A DNA stretch of 64,000 bases from a virus, in IMG/VR virus record IMGVR_UViG_3300023174_000124, positions 20,860-84,859 of that record; one strand, written 5' to 3'. Of this stretch, positions 18,784 to 29,012 are shown piece after piece. Each line of letters starts with the position of its first letter. The first letter of the stretch is position 1. A program made the position numbers and the translations under genes. The notes under the pieces are model-generated. The model did no database searches. It was not told where the DNA came from and was given only the letters and a program-made list of their open reading frames with translations.

Positions 18784-19663
18784 TATTACTAACTCCTATG
18801 TATTTTAGTATAGGTTTAATAATAGAGAAAATAAAATTTTTAATCTTCTTGTAAGACCACCCAATAAGTCTAAATAAGTCATTAATAAGAGCAAAGAAAC
18901 CCCCACCTGCCATAAGTATTATTTTCTTAGGCACACTCCCCCTAGCTCTATTACTGCCAAATAAGAATAACATAACAAGTTGAGCAAGATATTGTTTTGT
19001 AGTCATTTCTGTGGATGCCCAAGCAGCTAGATACATAGGCAAAGTTATTTTTGTAGCTATGAGATTAAGTAAGAATGGGATAGCTACTATAACTAATGCT
19101 AGTTTCCTATCATTAAGATCAACAACATAATTTAAACTATCTTTGATAACTTCCGACCCTGGTATTAAAGACATGACATCTCTAGTTTTACCTTGAAGTA
19201 GTTCTTTTTTAGTAGGTTTAGTAAATAGGATACCTGTTTTTTTCTTAAGTTCACTAGTGCTGTCTGCTACTAGGATTTCAAACAAGTAATGAATTAAGTC
19301 TGATGTGTCGGTGAATTTTTTTAAGGTGTCTCTAAATTTCTCTGCAAATTCCGTTTTAGGTTCTCTAAAACCTTCTTCTTCTATATAGTCTAAGAAAGCA
19401 GGGAAATTTAGATTAACAGACCCATCACCTTTTGTCTCAAACGCTTCCCAAGCACCTGAGAAAAACTCATATGCACCTGAACCTAATAACTTATCAAGAT
19501 CGAATTTTTTAATAAAAGAATTTGCCCATACCTCTAAAAGTTTCTCTTTCATCTTAAAAGGAATGGACTTAGATAAGACTTCTTGTTCAGCTAAAGTCAT
19601 ATCCTTATTTTCAAAGGCTCTTCTTATCATAGCTCTTTGAATATAAGCTCTTTTATTTAACAT
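18734..19663 (-). CDS. Multi-TM hypothetical protein
   Basis: C-terminal hydrophobic segments; N-terminal RAYIQRAMIRRA. Confidence 0.7.
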   Translation of the reverse strand: MLNKRAYIQRAMIRRAFENKDMTLAEQEVLSKSIPFKMKEKLLEVWANSFIKKFDLDKLLGSGAYEFFSGAWEAFETKGDGSVNLNFPAFLDYIEEEGFREPKTEFAEKFRDTLKKFTDTSDLIHYLFEILVADSTSELKKKTGILFTKPTKKELLQGKTRDVMSLIPGSEVIKDSLNYVVDLNDRKLALVIVAIPFLLNLIATKITLPMYLAAWASTEMTTKQYLAQLVMLFLFGSNRARGSVPKKIILMAGGGFFALINDLFRLIGWSYKKIKNFIFSIIKPILKYIGVSNNEQNTKNTYQGILQPT

Positions 19664-20658
19664 AATCTTTCCTCAAGCATTCTATAAAACACTGGATTAT
19701 ATGAAGCAAGTTTTATAGCTTCGGATAAAACTTCTTGTTTTCTATCAAATAGAGATAAGGTTTTATTCTTAGCCCAGTCATATCCTTTAGAGATATTTAG
19801 AGAGAGGTCTTTAAGAACATCAGATATTTTATTGTAGGCTAATTTCAGGTGAGGAATTAATCTAGCAATAAGAACAGCTGGGATAACTGTAGTCGCAATA
19901 CCAAATTTTTTAACAAGATTGGCTGTTGTATCGACATCTGTTAAAATCGCCATCAATAATATACTACCTATCATAGGCATTAAATGTAAAAGAACACCTA
20001 CTACAGGAGCACCGAATAAAAACACTTTTACAAGAATGACTTTACTTAAAGCAAAAAGACCATTAACAGCAAAAAATTTAGTGTTGTCTAAAAATAAGAA
20101 TGCCTCATTAGAAGATTCTGTTAGGTCTATACTTTTTTCTATTTGTTTATTCATTAGAGATTCTTGTTTTAAAATATCTCTTACTTCCAATAAAGACACT
20201 TTTGTCAAGGATGCAATTTCTTCTGGAGTTTTAGCAGCTATTAATTGACTTGTGAATCTAAATAAAGAATAGATGTCTTTACGATTCACAAAAGTATTTA
20301 AGATTTGAACAATAGCTTTTTGAATGATGTTTACAGGTTTTTTTAATTTGGCACTTACAATGTTTTTACCATTAAAAAGTCCTTTTTCTACTATATAGTT
20401 TTTAACAATATCTACATTCTCTCTTACTGTAGAAGTTACATCATTTTTTACTTGATCTAGGTGAGCAACTAAAACATCAAATTTTAATTTTTCTTGTTTC
20501 TCTTCAGGTAGAGATTCGATTAACTCAGGTGTAATATCCATAGCATTAGCTTGTTTAGTGTTTAAACACATTAAACAAGCTCTTCTAAGGTTTTCCCCAC
20601 CTTTAACTTTGAAACTCATTCTATACAAATCAGAGATAATATTCGCTTTATTTTTCAT
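19657..20658 (-). CDS. Multi-TM hypothetical protein; paralog of the C-terminal two-thirds of 20655
   Basis: Near-identical N- and C-terminal blocks at protein and DNA level. Confidence 0.75.
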   Translation of the reverse strand: MKNKANIISDLYRMSFKVKGGENLRRACLMCLNTKQANAMDITPELIESLPEEKQEKLKFDVLVAHLDQVKNDVTSTVRENVDIVKNYIVEKGLFNGKNIVSAKLKKPVNIIQKAIVQILNTFVNRKDIYSLFRFTSQLIAAKTPEEIASLTKVSLLEVRDILKQESLMNKQIEKSIDLTESSNEAFLFLDNTKFFAVNGLFALSKVILVKVFLFGAPVVGVLLHLMPMIGSILLMAILTDVDTTANLVKKFGIATTVIPAVLIARLIPHLKLAYNKISDVLKDLSLNISKGYDWAKNKTLSLFDRKQEVLSEAIKLASYNPVFYRMLEERLC

Positions 20659-21620
20659 AATCTTTCCTCAAGCATTCTATAAAACACTGGATTATATGAA
20701 GCAAGTTTTATAGCTTCACTTAAAACTTCTTGTTTTCTATCAAATAGGGACATAGTTTTATTTTTAGCCCAATCGTAACCTTTAGAAATATTTAGAGCTA
20801 TGTCTTTAAACACATCAGAGATTTTATTGTAGGCTAATTTTAGGTGTGGGATTAATCTAGCAATAAGAACAGCTGGTATGACAGAGGTTGCGATACCCAT
20901 TTTTTTTAAGAAATTAGCTGTTGTTTTAGAGTCTGTTAAGATAGTCATTAATAGAATAACAATAAGGACAGGAACTAGGTGCATTAAAGCACCTGTAATA
21001 GTAGCCCCTAGAAACACGACTTGTATTAAGACTACTTTAAGTAAACTCATAGAACAATTAACAGCAAAAAATTTTAAATCATCCATACCCATAATAAAAG
21101 AAACCATTTTTTCACTTTTTTCACCTAAGCTATTTAAAGGTATCTCTTTTTGTATTTCTGAAACAGGCACTTTGATTAAGTTAGCTACTTCTTCAGGTGT
21201 GTCTGCTGCTATTAAAGCACTCGTAAATTTTAACAAAGAATAAGGGTCTTTTTTTTGAGCAAAAGAATTTAAGATTTGAATAGTAGCTTTTTGTTGAATA
21301 TTAACAGGTTTTTTTAGTTTCATACTCAAAAGGTTTTTACCATTAAAAAGACCTTTTTCATCTAAATAGGATTTGATAATATTAATGCTCATCCCAATTT
21401 TAGAACTTATGTCATTTTTTACTTGATCTAGGTGGGCTACTAAAACATCAAATTTTAATTTTTCTTGTTTCTCTTCAGGTAGAGACTCAATTAATTCAGG
21501 TGTGATAGTCATAGCACTAGCTTGTTTAGTGTTTAAACACATTAAACAAGCTCTTCTAAGGTTTTCCCCACCTTTAACTTTGAAGCTCATTTTATATAAA
21601 TCTAGTATAAGATTTGCTTT
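19661..21620. repeat. About 1-kb tandem duplication
   Basis: cataatctttcctcaagcattctataaaacactggattatatgaagcaag at 19661 and 20656; tttaaacacattaaacaagctcttctaaggttttccccacc near 20561 and 21532. Confidence 0.85.
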
Positions 21621-22079
21621 CTTTTTCTTAGCGAGACTCATTTTAATTTCTTCCTCGTTTTCTTTCTTCCATTTTTTCCATTTAGCATATGAAGGACTAT
21701 TAGGTTTACTAGGGTCATGTCCCCAGTTTCTTAATGAGATTTCCCATTTACTCATACCTGTAGAACCAACAGGTTTACCAGGATTTCCACCGAGCATACG
21801 ACCATTAAACCCATTTTCTTGACTAGCATTATCAAAATCTTGTGCAGACCAATCTTCAAATGGTTTATCTTTTCTTCTCTTAATACGATGAAAGGAATCA
21901 TAACCTGATTGTATTTTCCCATTTTGTTTAGCTTCTTCTCTATTTAAAGATGCTTCAAGATGGTCAGGGTCTTTGCCCCAATCTTTTAATTCTTTTTCAG
22001 ACATATTGATAAGACTCTTCCACTTATCATATATCTCTTTTTTTTCATCATCAGATCGTTCTTTAGCGATGTGTTTCAT
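20655..22079 (-). CDS. DUF3140-like domain fused to multi-TM domain
   Basis: WKSLINMSEKELKDW...SLRNWGHDP (DUF3140-like), then KKKKA junction and a 19657-like unit. Confidence 0.7.
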   Translation of the reverse strand: MKHIAKERSDDEKKEIYDKWKSLINMSEKELKDWGKDPDHLEASLNREEAKQNGKIQSGYDSFHRIKRRKDKPFEDWSAQDFDNASQENGFNGRMLGGNPGKPVGSTGMSKWEISLRNWGHDPSKPNSPSYAKWKKWKKENEEEIKMSLAKKKKANLILDLYKMSFKVKGGENLRRACLMCLNTKQASAMTITPELIESLPEEKQEKLKFDVLVAHLDQVKNDISSKIGMSINIIKSYLDEKGLFNGKNLLSMKLKKPVNIQQKATIQILNSFAQKKDPYSLLKFTSALIAADTPEEVANLIKVPVSEIQKEIPLNSLGEKSEKMVSFIMGMDDLKFFAVNCSMSLLKVVLIQVVFLGATITGALMHLVPVLIVILLMTILTDSKTTANFLKKMGIATSVIPAVLIARLIPHLKLAYNKISDVFKDIALNISKGYDWAKNKTMSLFDRKQEVLSEAIKLASYNPVFYRMLEERL

Positions 22080-22126
22080 GAAGACCTCATTCGTTATCTA
22101 TAAGAATGAGACATATAAAAGAAAAA

Positions 22127-25100
22127 TCAAATGTGATTAAGAATAATATTTTTGATTTCAGGCTTAGAAGATAAAGCTATTTTGATAAGTTTATTTTTTA
22201 TAGATGCTTGTTTTTGTTGTGTCATCTTTTGCATCTGTTTCTTTAGTATCATCATATCTACTTTAGTTTTTCTTAACTCCAATTTATCTTTTCGAGCTTC
22301 AATCTCTTTATCTCTTTCTTTATTCTTTTCTAATCTTCCTTTTTTCTTATCTTCTAAGTATTTCTCTTTATCAAATTCTAAGTTATCATTGAAATAAGGT
22401 TTAAGTTCTTCAAAATCACTCTCTTCAAATTTACTCATTTCTCTAATCTTTTGTTTGATTTGTTCTTTCTTATCTTCTTTAGAAGTAATATAAATACTAG
22501 CTTTCTTATTTGTCTTTGCTTGTTGTTTATATTCTTTTTTAGCATCTTCATATTGTTCTATGACTTGATCTGTATATTCTTCATCATAGGGGTTATTTTT
22601 ACTTTTTGCCTTTTTATATGCACTAAGTAATTTTTTAAAATCTAAGGTGTCTGTTTTTTTCCTTCCTGTACTTAAAGTGCCTACAATATCCCAAGTTCTA
22701 TCTCCAAAGTATTGGGTCATACTCAAATCTTCTTTGCTTGGTTTTTCCTCTTCCTTGACTTTTTTATCTGAAGAAGGTTCGGTCTTCTTTTGTGGTTTTT
22801 TATTTTTTAAACTTTGTAAGAGTATTCTAGCTGCAAATACAGCTTCATCATCGTCTGGTATCTCACTAAATAGTTTACGATTATTATTAACAAAATCTAC
22901 ACTTTCTTCTTCTATTTCTTCATCAGTTAATTTCTTTTTCTTTTTCTTTATCGTCTTCTTCATCTTCTCTTCTATTTTATCTTGTTTTTCTTCACTTAAT
23001 TCATCTAACACCATTTCTTGAAAATGTAAGTCTATTCCCTCTTCTTCACTAAGTTCTTCATCATGTTGTTTAGAGATATTTTTTATTCTTGTGGTTAATT
23101 CCTTTTGTTTATCTTTTATTTGTTTCTTATGTTCATTATCTGTGTTTTTCATAGTATCTTCGTGACTTGAATATTCTTGTGTCTTTTTAGCATTATATTC
23201 ATTTTCAGCATCTATTTTAGATTGATTATAATCCTCATCTGCTTTTGTTTTAGCTAATGCCGTTTCATCTTCTAATTGTTTAAGAGCTTTTTCTTTTGCT
23301 TTTTCTTTATTCGTTATCTCTATAGGTTTCTTTTGTAAGCTATTTAAAGACTTAGTTAAACTTGTATTCTTTTTTTGGGCATCTGGGTTATTGTTAATAA
23401 TTTCTTTTCTTTTTTCTTCTAGGGATTTCAAGTCCTTTTGTTTTTCTTCTTCTTTTAATTTTTCACCCTCATCACCTTGATATTTAGGGTCAAGAGCAAG
23501 AACTAAATACTTTTCATCTATTTTCTTTTGTTCTCCTTCCACATCTAATTCATTTTTGATGATTTCATTTATTTCTTTATCACCTTCTTCTTTTCTTTTT
23601 TTGACTCTTGTTTCATGATCAGAATTTAATTTTGCTATATCTTGAGCTACACCTTCTTCAATTTTCTTTTTCTCAGTTTCATAGTGAGTGTCTATATCTT
23701 TCTTTTTATTAGTATAGGTATCTTCAATTTCTTTTTGTTTAGTAGCATGACTATCATCAATATCTTTGATCTTTTTAGTATGTTCTTCATTTAAAGAAGT
23801 CTTTTTCTTTTCATGTTCTTCGACAAGTTTATTCTTTTCTTCTTCATGTTCTTTATATACTTGTTCTTTTACTTCTTTAGCATCTGCTTCTAATTCACCC
23901 GATAGGGATTTCTTCAAGCCATCTAAAGTTTTAGCTGCCCATGCTTGTTTAGCGGGATTAGAAGAGTCTTCTGCCAAATCATATACTTCTTCTATTGTAT
24001 ATTTATTACCTGTATCGTCTTTAATTTTGAGAGGTTTTCCACCTTCTTGTTCAGGTTTGAATAAGGCTTCTATTTGTTCTCTTTGTTTTTGTTGAGTGAT
24101 AGTTTTCTTTTTTATATCTTCATCATATTCTTTTTCTATGCTTTTTAATTTCTCTTTAGCCCAAGCACTATCATCAGGGTCTTTTGATTTAGACATCTCT
24201 ACTATTTGATCATAAGAGATAGGAGGAGCATCAAATAAAGTATCATCTTTGTATTGTTTAGTAGATGCAAATTCTTTAATTTGTTCTTTTTTATCTTTAT
24301 CTAGTTTTAGTTTTTTAAAAGAATCTAAGGCATTATCTCCTCTTTCTAAAAGAAGTTTCTCATCTGTATCTAATTCTTTGTTTAAAACCTTACCTAGCAA
24401 ATCTGTGTCTTTCTCTGTTATCTTTCCATTCATGAACTCTTTAGTTATCTGTCTTTTTAAACTATCTTCGATGTTTTTATCTTTTAGAAATTCATTTGCT
24501 TTGTTTAAAATTTCAATCTTTGATTCATCTCTAGCTATGTCTTCATAGTTAACACCTAATTTTTTAGCCTTATCCATTAGTTCTTTGTGTTTTTCAAATT
24601 CTTCTTTAAAATCCTCTGCTTCACCTACATAGCTATTTTGATCTTCTTCTGTAATCTTTTTTCCGTTACCACCTAAAGTTAAAGATACTAATTTTTCAAA
24701 GTCTCTGTCTTTTAACTTACCTTTGAGACTAGCCATTTCATTTATTAGATTAGGACTTAAAGGAGTACTTACACCTTTAGGTAAATGTTCTTTTAACAAA
24801 TCTTCAGTATGCTTTATATCTTTTACTTTATTTAAAACATCAAGAACTTCTTTTCTTTTATCACCATAAAGATCTTCTTTAGTGAGACCTTTCTCTTCTA
24901 AGTATTCCTTAGTTTTTTCAGAATCAATAATATCTTTTCCAAATTTAAGACTGTCTGTCATATTTTGGAATGTTTCCATCATCCCTTTAAACCAACCTTT
25001 TTTCTTGGGTTCTGAAGGAGTTTCTAATTCTTCTATTCTCTCTTCATAGTAATCACCATAATAATTTTGAGGGTTTTCTACTGTTTCAGACACCATCTCT

Positions 25101-26335
25101 GCGGTTGCAACTACTATTGCAACTGTCTCACGATTAGCACCATTTTCTTTTAATTCTTCTACTATTTCTGTTTGTATTGGACCAGGAAGGTTATTTACGA
25201 CTGTATTAATATTCTCAAGTGTGGGGTTTTCTCTTACACTCTTGGCACTTTCATTTAATACTTTACTGATATCTTCAGGGACATGAAAGTAAGCCTCTTC
25301 ATCATCATTCCATTTTATATCTTTTTCAATATTATCAAAGACTTCTGGCATTATATCTTCAAAGTCAAGAAGTTCTTCTTCCATCTCATCATAAGTGTCT
25401 TTAGTTCTACTAGCAAAAGTAGCATTAATTTGTTGTTTAGTTTCTTGAGCTTGTTTCTTTTCTTCTTCATCTAATGCTTTTAGTTTTTGTTCATGCTCTT
25501 CTTTTTCTTTTTTCTCTTCTTTTCTATTTTCAATAACACCATCACCTACTTCTTCAGCATTAGGTACACCTAAATTTTCAAACATATCTGTAACCGTACC
25601 TGCTAAAGTTCCATAAGCAGTATCTTCTATTTCTTGTTCTTGTTGTTCCTCAGGTAAATCTACAATCTCATCTACTTTAGTGTCTATTTTTTCTTCTAGT
25701 TCTTGAGATTTTTGTTCAGCTATACTTTGAGGTGAACCTTCAACAGCTTTTTCTTTAGGTTGTTCTATTGTTGTTTCTTCACCTCCTTCTTCCTTACCCT
25801 TTTCTTTTCCTTTTTCACCAGTTTCTTTTTCATATGTTTGGGTAATACGATCCATAAATTCTTTTAGTATATTTTTAGAATCTTCAAAGTAGGGGTCGTT
25901 TTTATTAGTAGCATGGTTTAGGATAGTGGATATAGCAACTTCTTTTTGAGCATTAGGATTATCTTTTAAAGCAGGGTTCTTTATTTTTTGTTTGCCTAAT
26001 TCGGATTTAAGATATGTTTGGAGACCGAAATTACTATAGGTTTCATTTTTAGCTGCATCATAAACATTTTGGGGGATAGTAGAGGGTGCTTTCTTTTTTT
26101 GAGCTTGACCTTCAGCTATTGCTTTATCCATACTTTTATAAGTACCTTTAGTAGCAGCTAGTTTTTCTATATAAGGCAAAATGTCTTTTCTCATACTAGG
26201 ATTGAAATAAGCAATCTTGACAAGACCTTTAATTAAATGTTCTTTGTTATTACTATCAACAATATTAATAATATCTTTTCTTAAATTAGGGTTTTGATAT
26301 GCAATTTTAATAAGTGATTTTTTAATGTCGTTCAT
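22127..26335 (-). CDS. Large Lys/Glu-rich coiled-coil protein, probable internal head/ejection protein
   Basis: 1402 aa; two N-terminal and one C-terminal LIKIA tags. Confidence 0.75.
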   Translation of the reverse strand: MNDIKKSLIKIAYQNPNLRKDIINIVDSNNKEHLIKGLVKIAYFNPSMRKDILPYIEKLAATKGTYKSMDKAIAEGQAQKKKAPSTIPQNVYDAAKNETYSNFGLQTYLKSELGKQKIKNPALKDNPNAQKEVAISTILNHATNKNDPYFEDSKNILKEFMDRITQTYEKETGEKGKEKGKEEGGEETTIEQPKEKAVEGSPQSIAEQKSQELEEKIDTKVDEIVDLPEEQQEQEIEDTAYGTLAGTVTDMFENLGVPNAEEVGDGVIENRKEEKKEKEEHEQKLKALDEEEKKQAQETKQQINATFASRTKDTYDEMEEELLDFEDIMPEVFDNIEKDIKWNDDEEAYFHVPEDISKVLNESAKSVRENPTLENINTVVNNLPGPIQTEIVEELKENGANRETVAIVVATAEMVSETVENPQNYYGDYYEERIEELETPSEPKKKGWFKGMMETFQNMTDSLKFGKDIIDSEKTKEYLEEKGLTKEDLYGDKRKEVLDVLNKVKDIKHTEDLLKEHLPKGVSTPLSPNLINEMASLKGKLKDRDFEKLVSLTLGGNGKKITEEDQNSYVGEAEDFKEEFEKHKELMDKAKKLGVNYEDIARDESKIEILNKANEFLKDKNIEDSLKRQITKEFMNGKITEKDTDLLGKVLNKELDTDEKLLLERGDNALDSFKKLKLDKDKKEQIKEFASTKQYKDDTLFDAPPISYDQIVEMSKSKDPDDSAWAKEKLKSIEKEYDEDIKKKTITQQKQREQIEALFKPEQEGGKPLKIKDDTGNKYTIEEVYDLAEDSSNPAKQAWAAKTLDGLKKSLSGELEADAKEVKEQVYKEHEEEKNKLVEEHEKKKTSLNEEHTKKIKDIDDSHATKQKEIEDTYTNKKKDIDTHYETEKKKIEEGVAQDIAKLNSDHETRVKKRKEEGDKEINEIIKNELDVEGEQKKIDEKYLVLALDPKYQGDEGEKLKEEEKQKDLKSLEEKRKEIINNNPDAQKKNTSLTKSLNSLQKKPIEITNKEKAKEKALKQLEDETALAKTKADEDYNQSKIDAENEYNAKKTQEYSSHEDTMKNTDNEHKKQIKDKQKELTTRIKNISKQHDEELSEEEGIDLHFQEMVLDELSEEKQDKIEEKMKKTIKKKKKKLTDEEIEEESVDFVNNNRKLFSEIPDDDEAVFAARILLQSLKNKKPQKKTEPSSDKKVKEEEKPSKEDLSMTQYFGDRTWDIVGTLSTGRKKTDTLDFKKLLSAYKKAKSKNNPYDEEYTDQVIEQYEDAKKEYKQQAKTNKKASIYITSKEDKKEQIKQKIREMSKFEESDFEELKPYFNDNLEFDKEKYLEDKKKGRLEKNKERDKEIEARKDKLELRKTKVDMMILKKQMQKMTQQKQASIKNKLIKIALSSKPEIKNIILNHI

Positions 26336-26387
26336 AAAGACCTTCCTATATTCATACTATCTTTATACAAGTATGATTATAGAAAGT

Positions 26388-28529
26388 TTATTTAAGCAAT
26401 AATTTTAAAATTTGACTTCTTTTATCAGGATTATAATAAGCGAGTTTAATCAAAGATTCTCTACTAAGACTAGCTTTTTTCTTGGTGCTTTCTTCTGAGT
26501 TTAATAACTTACCTAATTCAGATACCCCTTTCATAATCTCTTCTAATTTCCCTTCGTCAAATTTCCCATCAGTACTTACAGATTTAAAAAGTTCTATAAT
26601 TGTAGGGTCTACTGTCAATGCACTTTCAAATTTATCTTTAACGATCTTATTTATTTCTTTGTCTTGGTCAGCACCTTTCTTATTTATCTTGCTCTTTAAT
26701 CTCTTCCATTCAGATACTGCCCAATCGTGATGTTTATGAGTAGAGTCCCCAAATATTTTCTTTAAAGTGTTAAATTTAATTATTCTACCTTCTGGGTTTT
26801 CCCAAGTTTCGTTCTTATATTTATCTTCCATGCTTTCTTGTTCTTTTCTAATTTTACTAATAGCCTCTAAAACTGTTTTTGCATCTTCGGAAGAAATACC
26901 TGAGTCTGATTTAGTAGTAGTTCTTTTCTTTTTGTTTATAGGCGCTTTAGGTTCTCTTTTCTTTTTAGTTTGTTTCATTAGGTCTTCTTGAACATCGTTT
27001 ACTTCATCGAATGACATTAAAGCCAAATCCCTCTCCAAATCGGATTCAGTCTTATCTTGAATTGTGGACATATCTAATTGTCCTCTTTGTCTTAAAATCC
27101 TATCTTCTTTTTCTTTTTCGCTTTCTTCTTCACCTAATTCTTCTGGTCCTTCAATAGTGTGTCTTAGGTCTTTTAATTTATTAGTTGCCCAACTATCTCC
27201 TTCTTCTTCCATATCTATCATTTCTTTAACGGTAATTCTTTTTCCATCGGGTGTTTTAAATTTTTTATTCTTAGTTTCTTGGAGTAATAGCTTTTCACGA
27301 GTATATTTAGCCCCCATATATTCTTTCTTTTTTTCTTCAAGAATTTTTTTGGCTCTTTCTTTTTCTTCGATGTCTCCATCTTGAGAAATATCTAACAATT
27401 CTTTGATTGTTAAATCATCGCCTAAAATATCATCATCAAAAGTCTCGTCTTTAAAAAATTCTTTAATCCCCTCATTAGTGGCTTCTTCTTTACCTATGTC
27501 TTCATATTTTCTTTCTCTCTCTAATTTTTTAACTAACTCTTCTTTTTTCTTATTAAATTCTTCTTTGAGTTTAGCTCTTTTTTCACCTTCAGGTGTGTTC
27601 TTATAGTTTTGATATACTCTATAAGATAAAGCAAGACCTGCACCAATAACAAAAGGAGATGCAACTAAAGCGGTAGCACCACTTACAATACTACTAAGTA
27701 TACCACCTGTCGCAACAGCTTTAGCTCCTACCGCAACAACAGGAGCAACAGCTTTAGCTCCTACAGCAACAGGAGCAACAGCAACAGGAGCTACAGCAGA
27801 ACCTCCTCCTAAAAGACCTCCCACTGAAGAAGCTATCTGAGCAAAGAGACCTACACCTGCTATTTCTTTTGCACCAATATTTTTAGGTGCAGATGGCTTT
27901 AAAACATTTGCAAGTTTATCCAAACCCATTTCTTCAAAAGTTTTACTTAAGGCTTTTTTCACCCCTGTACCTAATAAACCTTCTGATGCTTTCTTAAATT
28001 CTTGATCAACTAATCCTGTTGCTTTCTTTATTCTTTCTCTATAGACTTCTTCTTGAGCAGGTCTTAGTTTTTCATCTAAGTATGCTTCAAACTCTGCCCT
28101 ATCTTTAGGATTAGTAATATCTTTACCTGCACCCTTAAATTTTTTAATTTCAGATTCTACTTCTCCCTTTAATTTCTTAACTATCTTATTTTGTATCTTT
28201 GTGTCTCCACCACCTTCACTTGCACCTTCTTGTTTTTTATATTCTTCCGTCACCTTCTTTACAATAGCCTTAGCCCACATCTTATCTTGAGTGGCTAATT
28301 CCATTACACGATCCAAACCGATTAAATTACTTGTTTCAGGGTTCTTCCATTTTCTATCCCCTGCAAATTGTTTCAATTTGTTTGTTGAATTGTCTGCTAC
28401 TATTCTCATAGCAGCATATCTTAAATCAGGATTTAAATAAGCAACTCTAATGAGTTTCTTATCCATCTCACTTAAAGGGCGAGATAGAACTAGTTGCTTA
28501 TCTTCATCTATTGTGCCTTTATATGTCAT
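26388..28529 (-). CDS. Probable internal head/ejection protein with hydrophobic Gly/Ala hairpin
   Basis: Tags at both ends (LIRVAYLNPDLR; LIKLAYYNPDKR); AVAPV repeats and TM-like segment. Confidence 0.75.
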   Translation of the reverse strand: MTYKGTIDEDKQLVLSRPLSEMDKKLIRVAYLNPDLRYAAMRIVADNSTNKLKQFAGDRKWKNPETSNLIGLDRVMELATQDKMWAKAIVKKVTEEYKKQEGASEGGGDTKIQNKIVKKLKGEVESEIKKFKGAGKDITNPKDRAEFEAYLDEKLRPAQEEVYRERIKKATGLVDQEFKKASEGLLGTGVKKALSKTFEEMGLDKLANVLKPSAPKNIGAKEIAGVGLFAQIASSVGGLLGGGSAVAPVAVAPVAVGAKAVAPVVAVGAKAVATGGILSSIVSGATALVASPFVIGAGLALSYRVYQNYKNTPEGEKRAKLKEEFNKKKEELVKKLERERKYEDIGKEEATNEGIKEFFKDETFDDDILGDDLTIKELLDISQDGDIEEKERAKKILEEKKKEYMGAKYTREKLLLQETKNKKFKTPDGKRITVKEMIDMEEEGDSWATNKLKDLRHTIEGPEELGEEESEKEKEDRILRQRGQLDMSTIQDKTESDLERDLALMSFDEVNDVQEDLMKQTKKKREPKAPINKKKRTTTKSDSGISSEDAKTVLEAISKIRKEQESMEDKYKNETWENPEGRIIKFNTLKKIFGDSTHKHHDWAVSEWKRLKSKINKKGADQDKEINKIVKDKFESALTVDPTIIELFKSVSTDGKFDEGKLEEIMKGVSELGKLLNSEESTKKKASLSRESLIKLAYYNPDKRSQILKLLLK

Positions 28530-28533
28530 TTTT

Positions 28534-29010
28534 TTATCCTTTTAATACTTCTTTAGCAAGTTCTATGGGATAACTTTCAAGTATCATTTTAGAGTATGGA
28601 CAATTCACTTCTTTTAAGTGAGTTTCTAAGAAGGGAATGTGATCTCTATTCTTACTATAAAGATTACAAGCAACTTCACCTGATTTCAAGGTTAAGTCAT
28701 TTATAGCCTTTAAACAAGCCTTAACTAAATTAGGTTTAAATCCTAAAACACCACCATATAATTTAGTTGGCTTGTCAAACATTACACACCCTCTAACTAA
28801 TGCTTGAGAATATGGACACCCTGTTACTTTTGCTTTATGCTTAAAAAAAGTTCCAGCTTCAGGATGCTTTAATTCTAAGGTACGAGAGATATCAGTCATA
28901 TATCTTTCAAGTTTTTTAGTAGCTGTGCTAACATCGTTTTGTACAGCTTTAGTAAAACCATACATACCATTAGCAGCAACCCTATTTAACATCGCTGTTC
29001 TGTTATACAT
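28534..29010 (-). CDS. Hypothetical protein with internal two-fold repeat
   Basis: YGF..CPYS and LGF..CPYS halves; starts RTA..RVA. Confidence 0.7.
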   Translation of the reverse strand: MYNRTAMLNRVAANGMYGFTKAVQNDVSTATKKLERYMTDISRTLELKHPEAGTFFKHKAKVTGCPYSQALVRGCVMFDKPTKLYGGVLGFKPNLVKACLKAINDLTLKSGEVACNLYSKNRDHIPFLETHLKEVNCPYSKMILESYPIELAKEVLKG

Positions 29011-29012
29011 GA

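Noticed and set aside
19657-21620. Duplicated segments as a diversity-generating retroelement TR/VR pair
   Set aside because: Both copies are coding, differences are not adenine-specific, and no reverse transcriptase is in the window
27715-27800. AVAPV/VGAKAV repeats (and SPTNK x2 near 1755-1785)
   Set aside because: Short in-frame slippage duplications in linkers; no independent function evident
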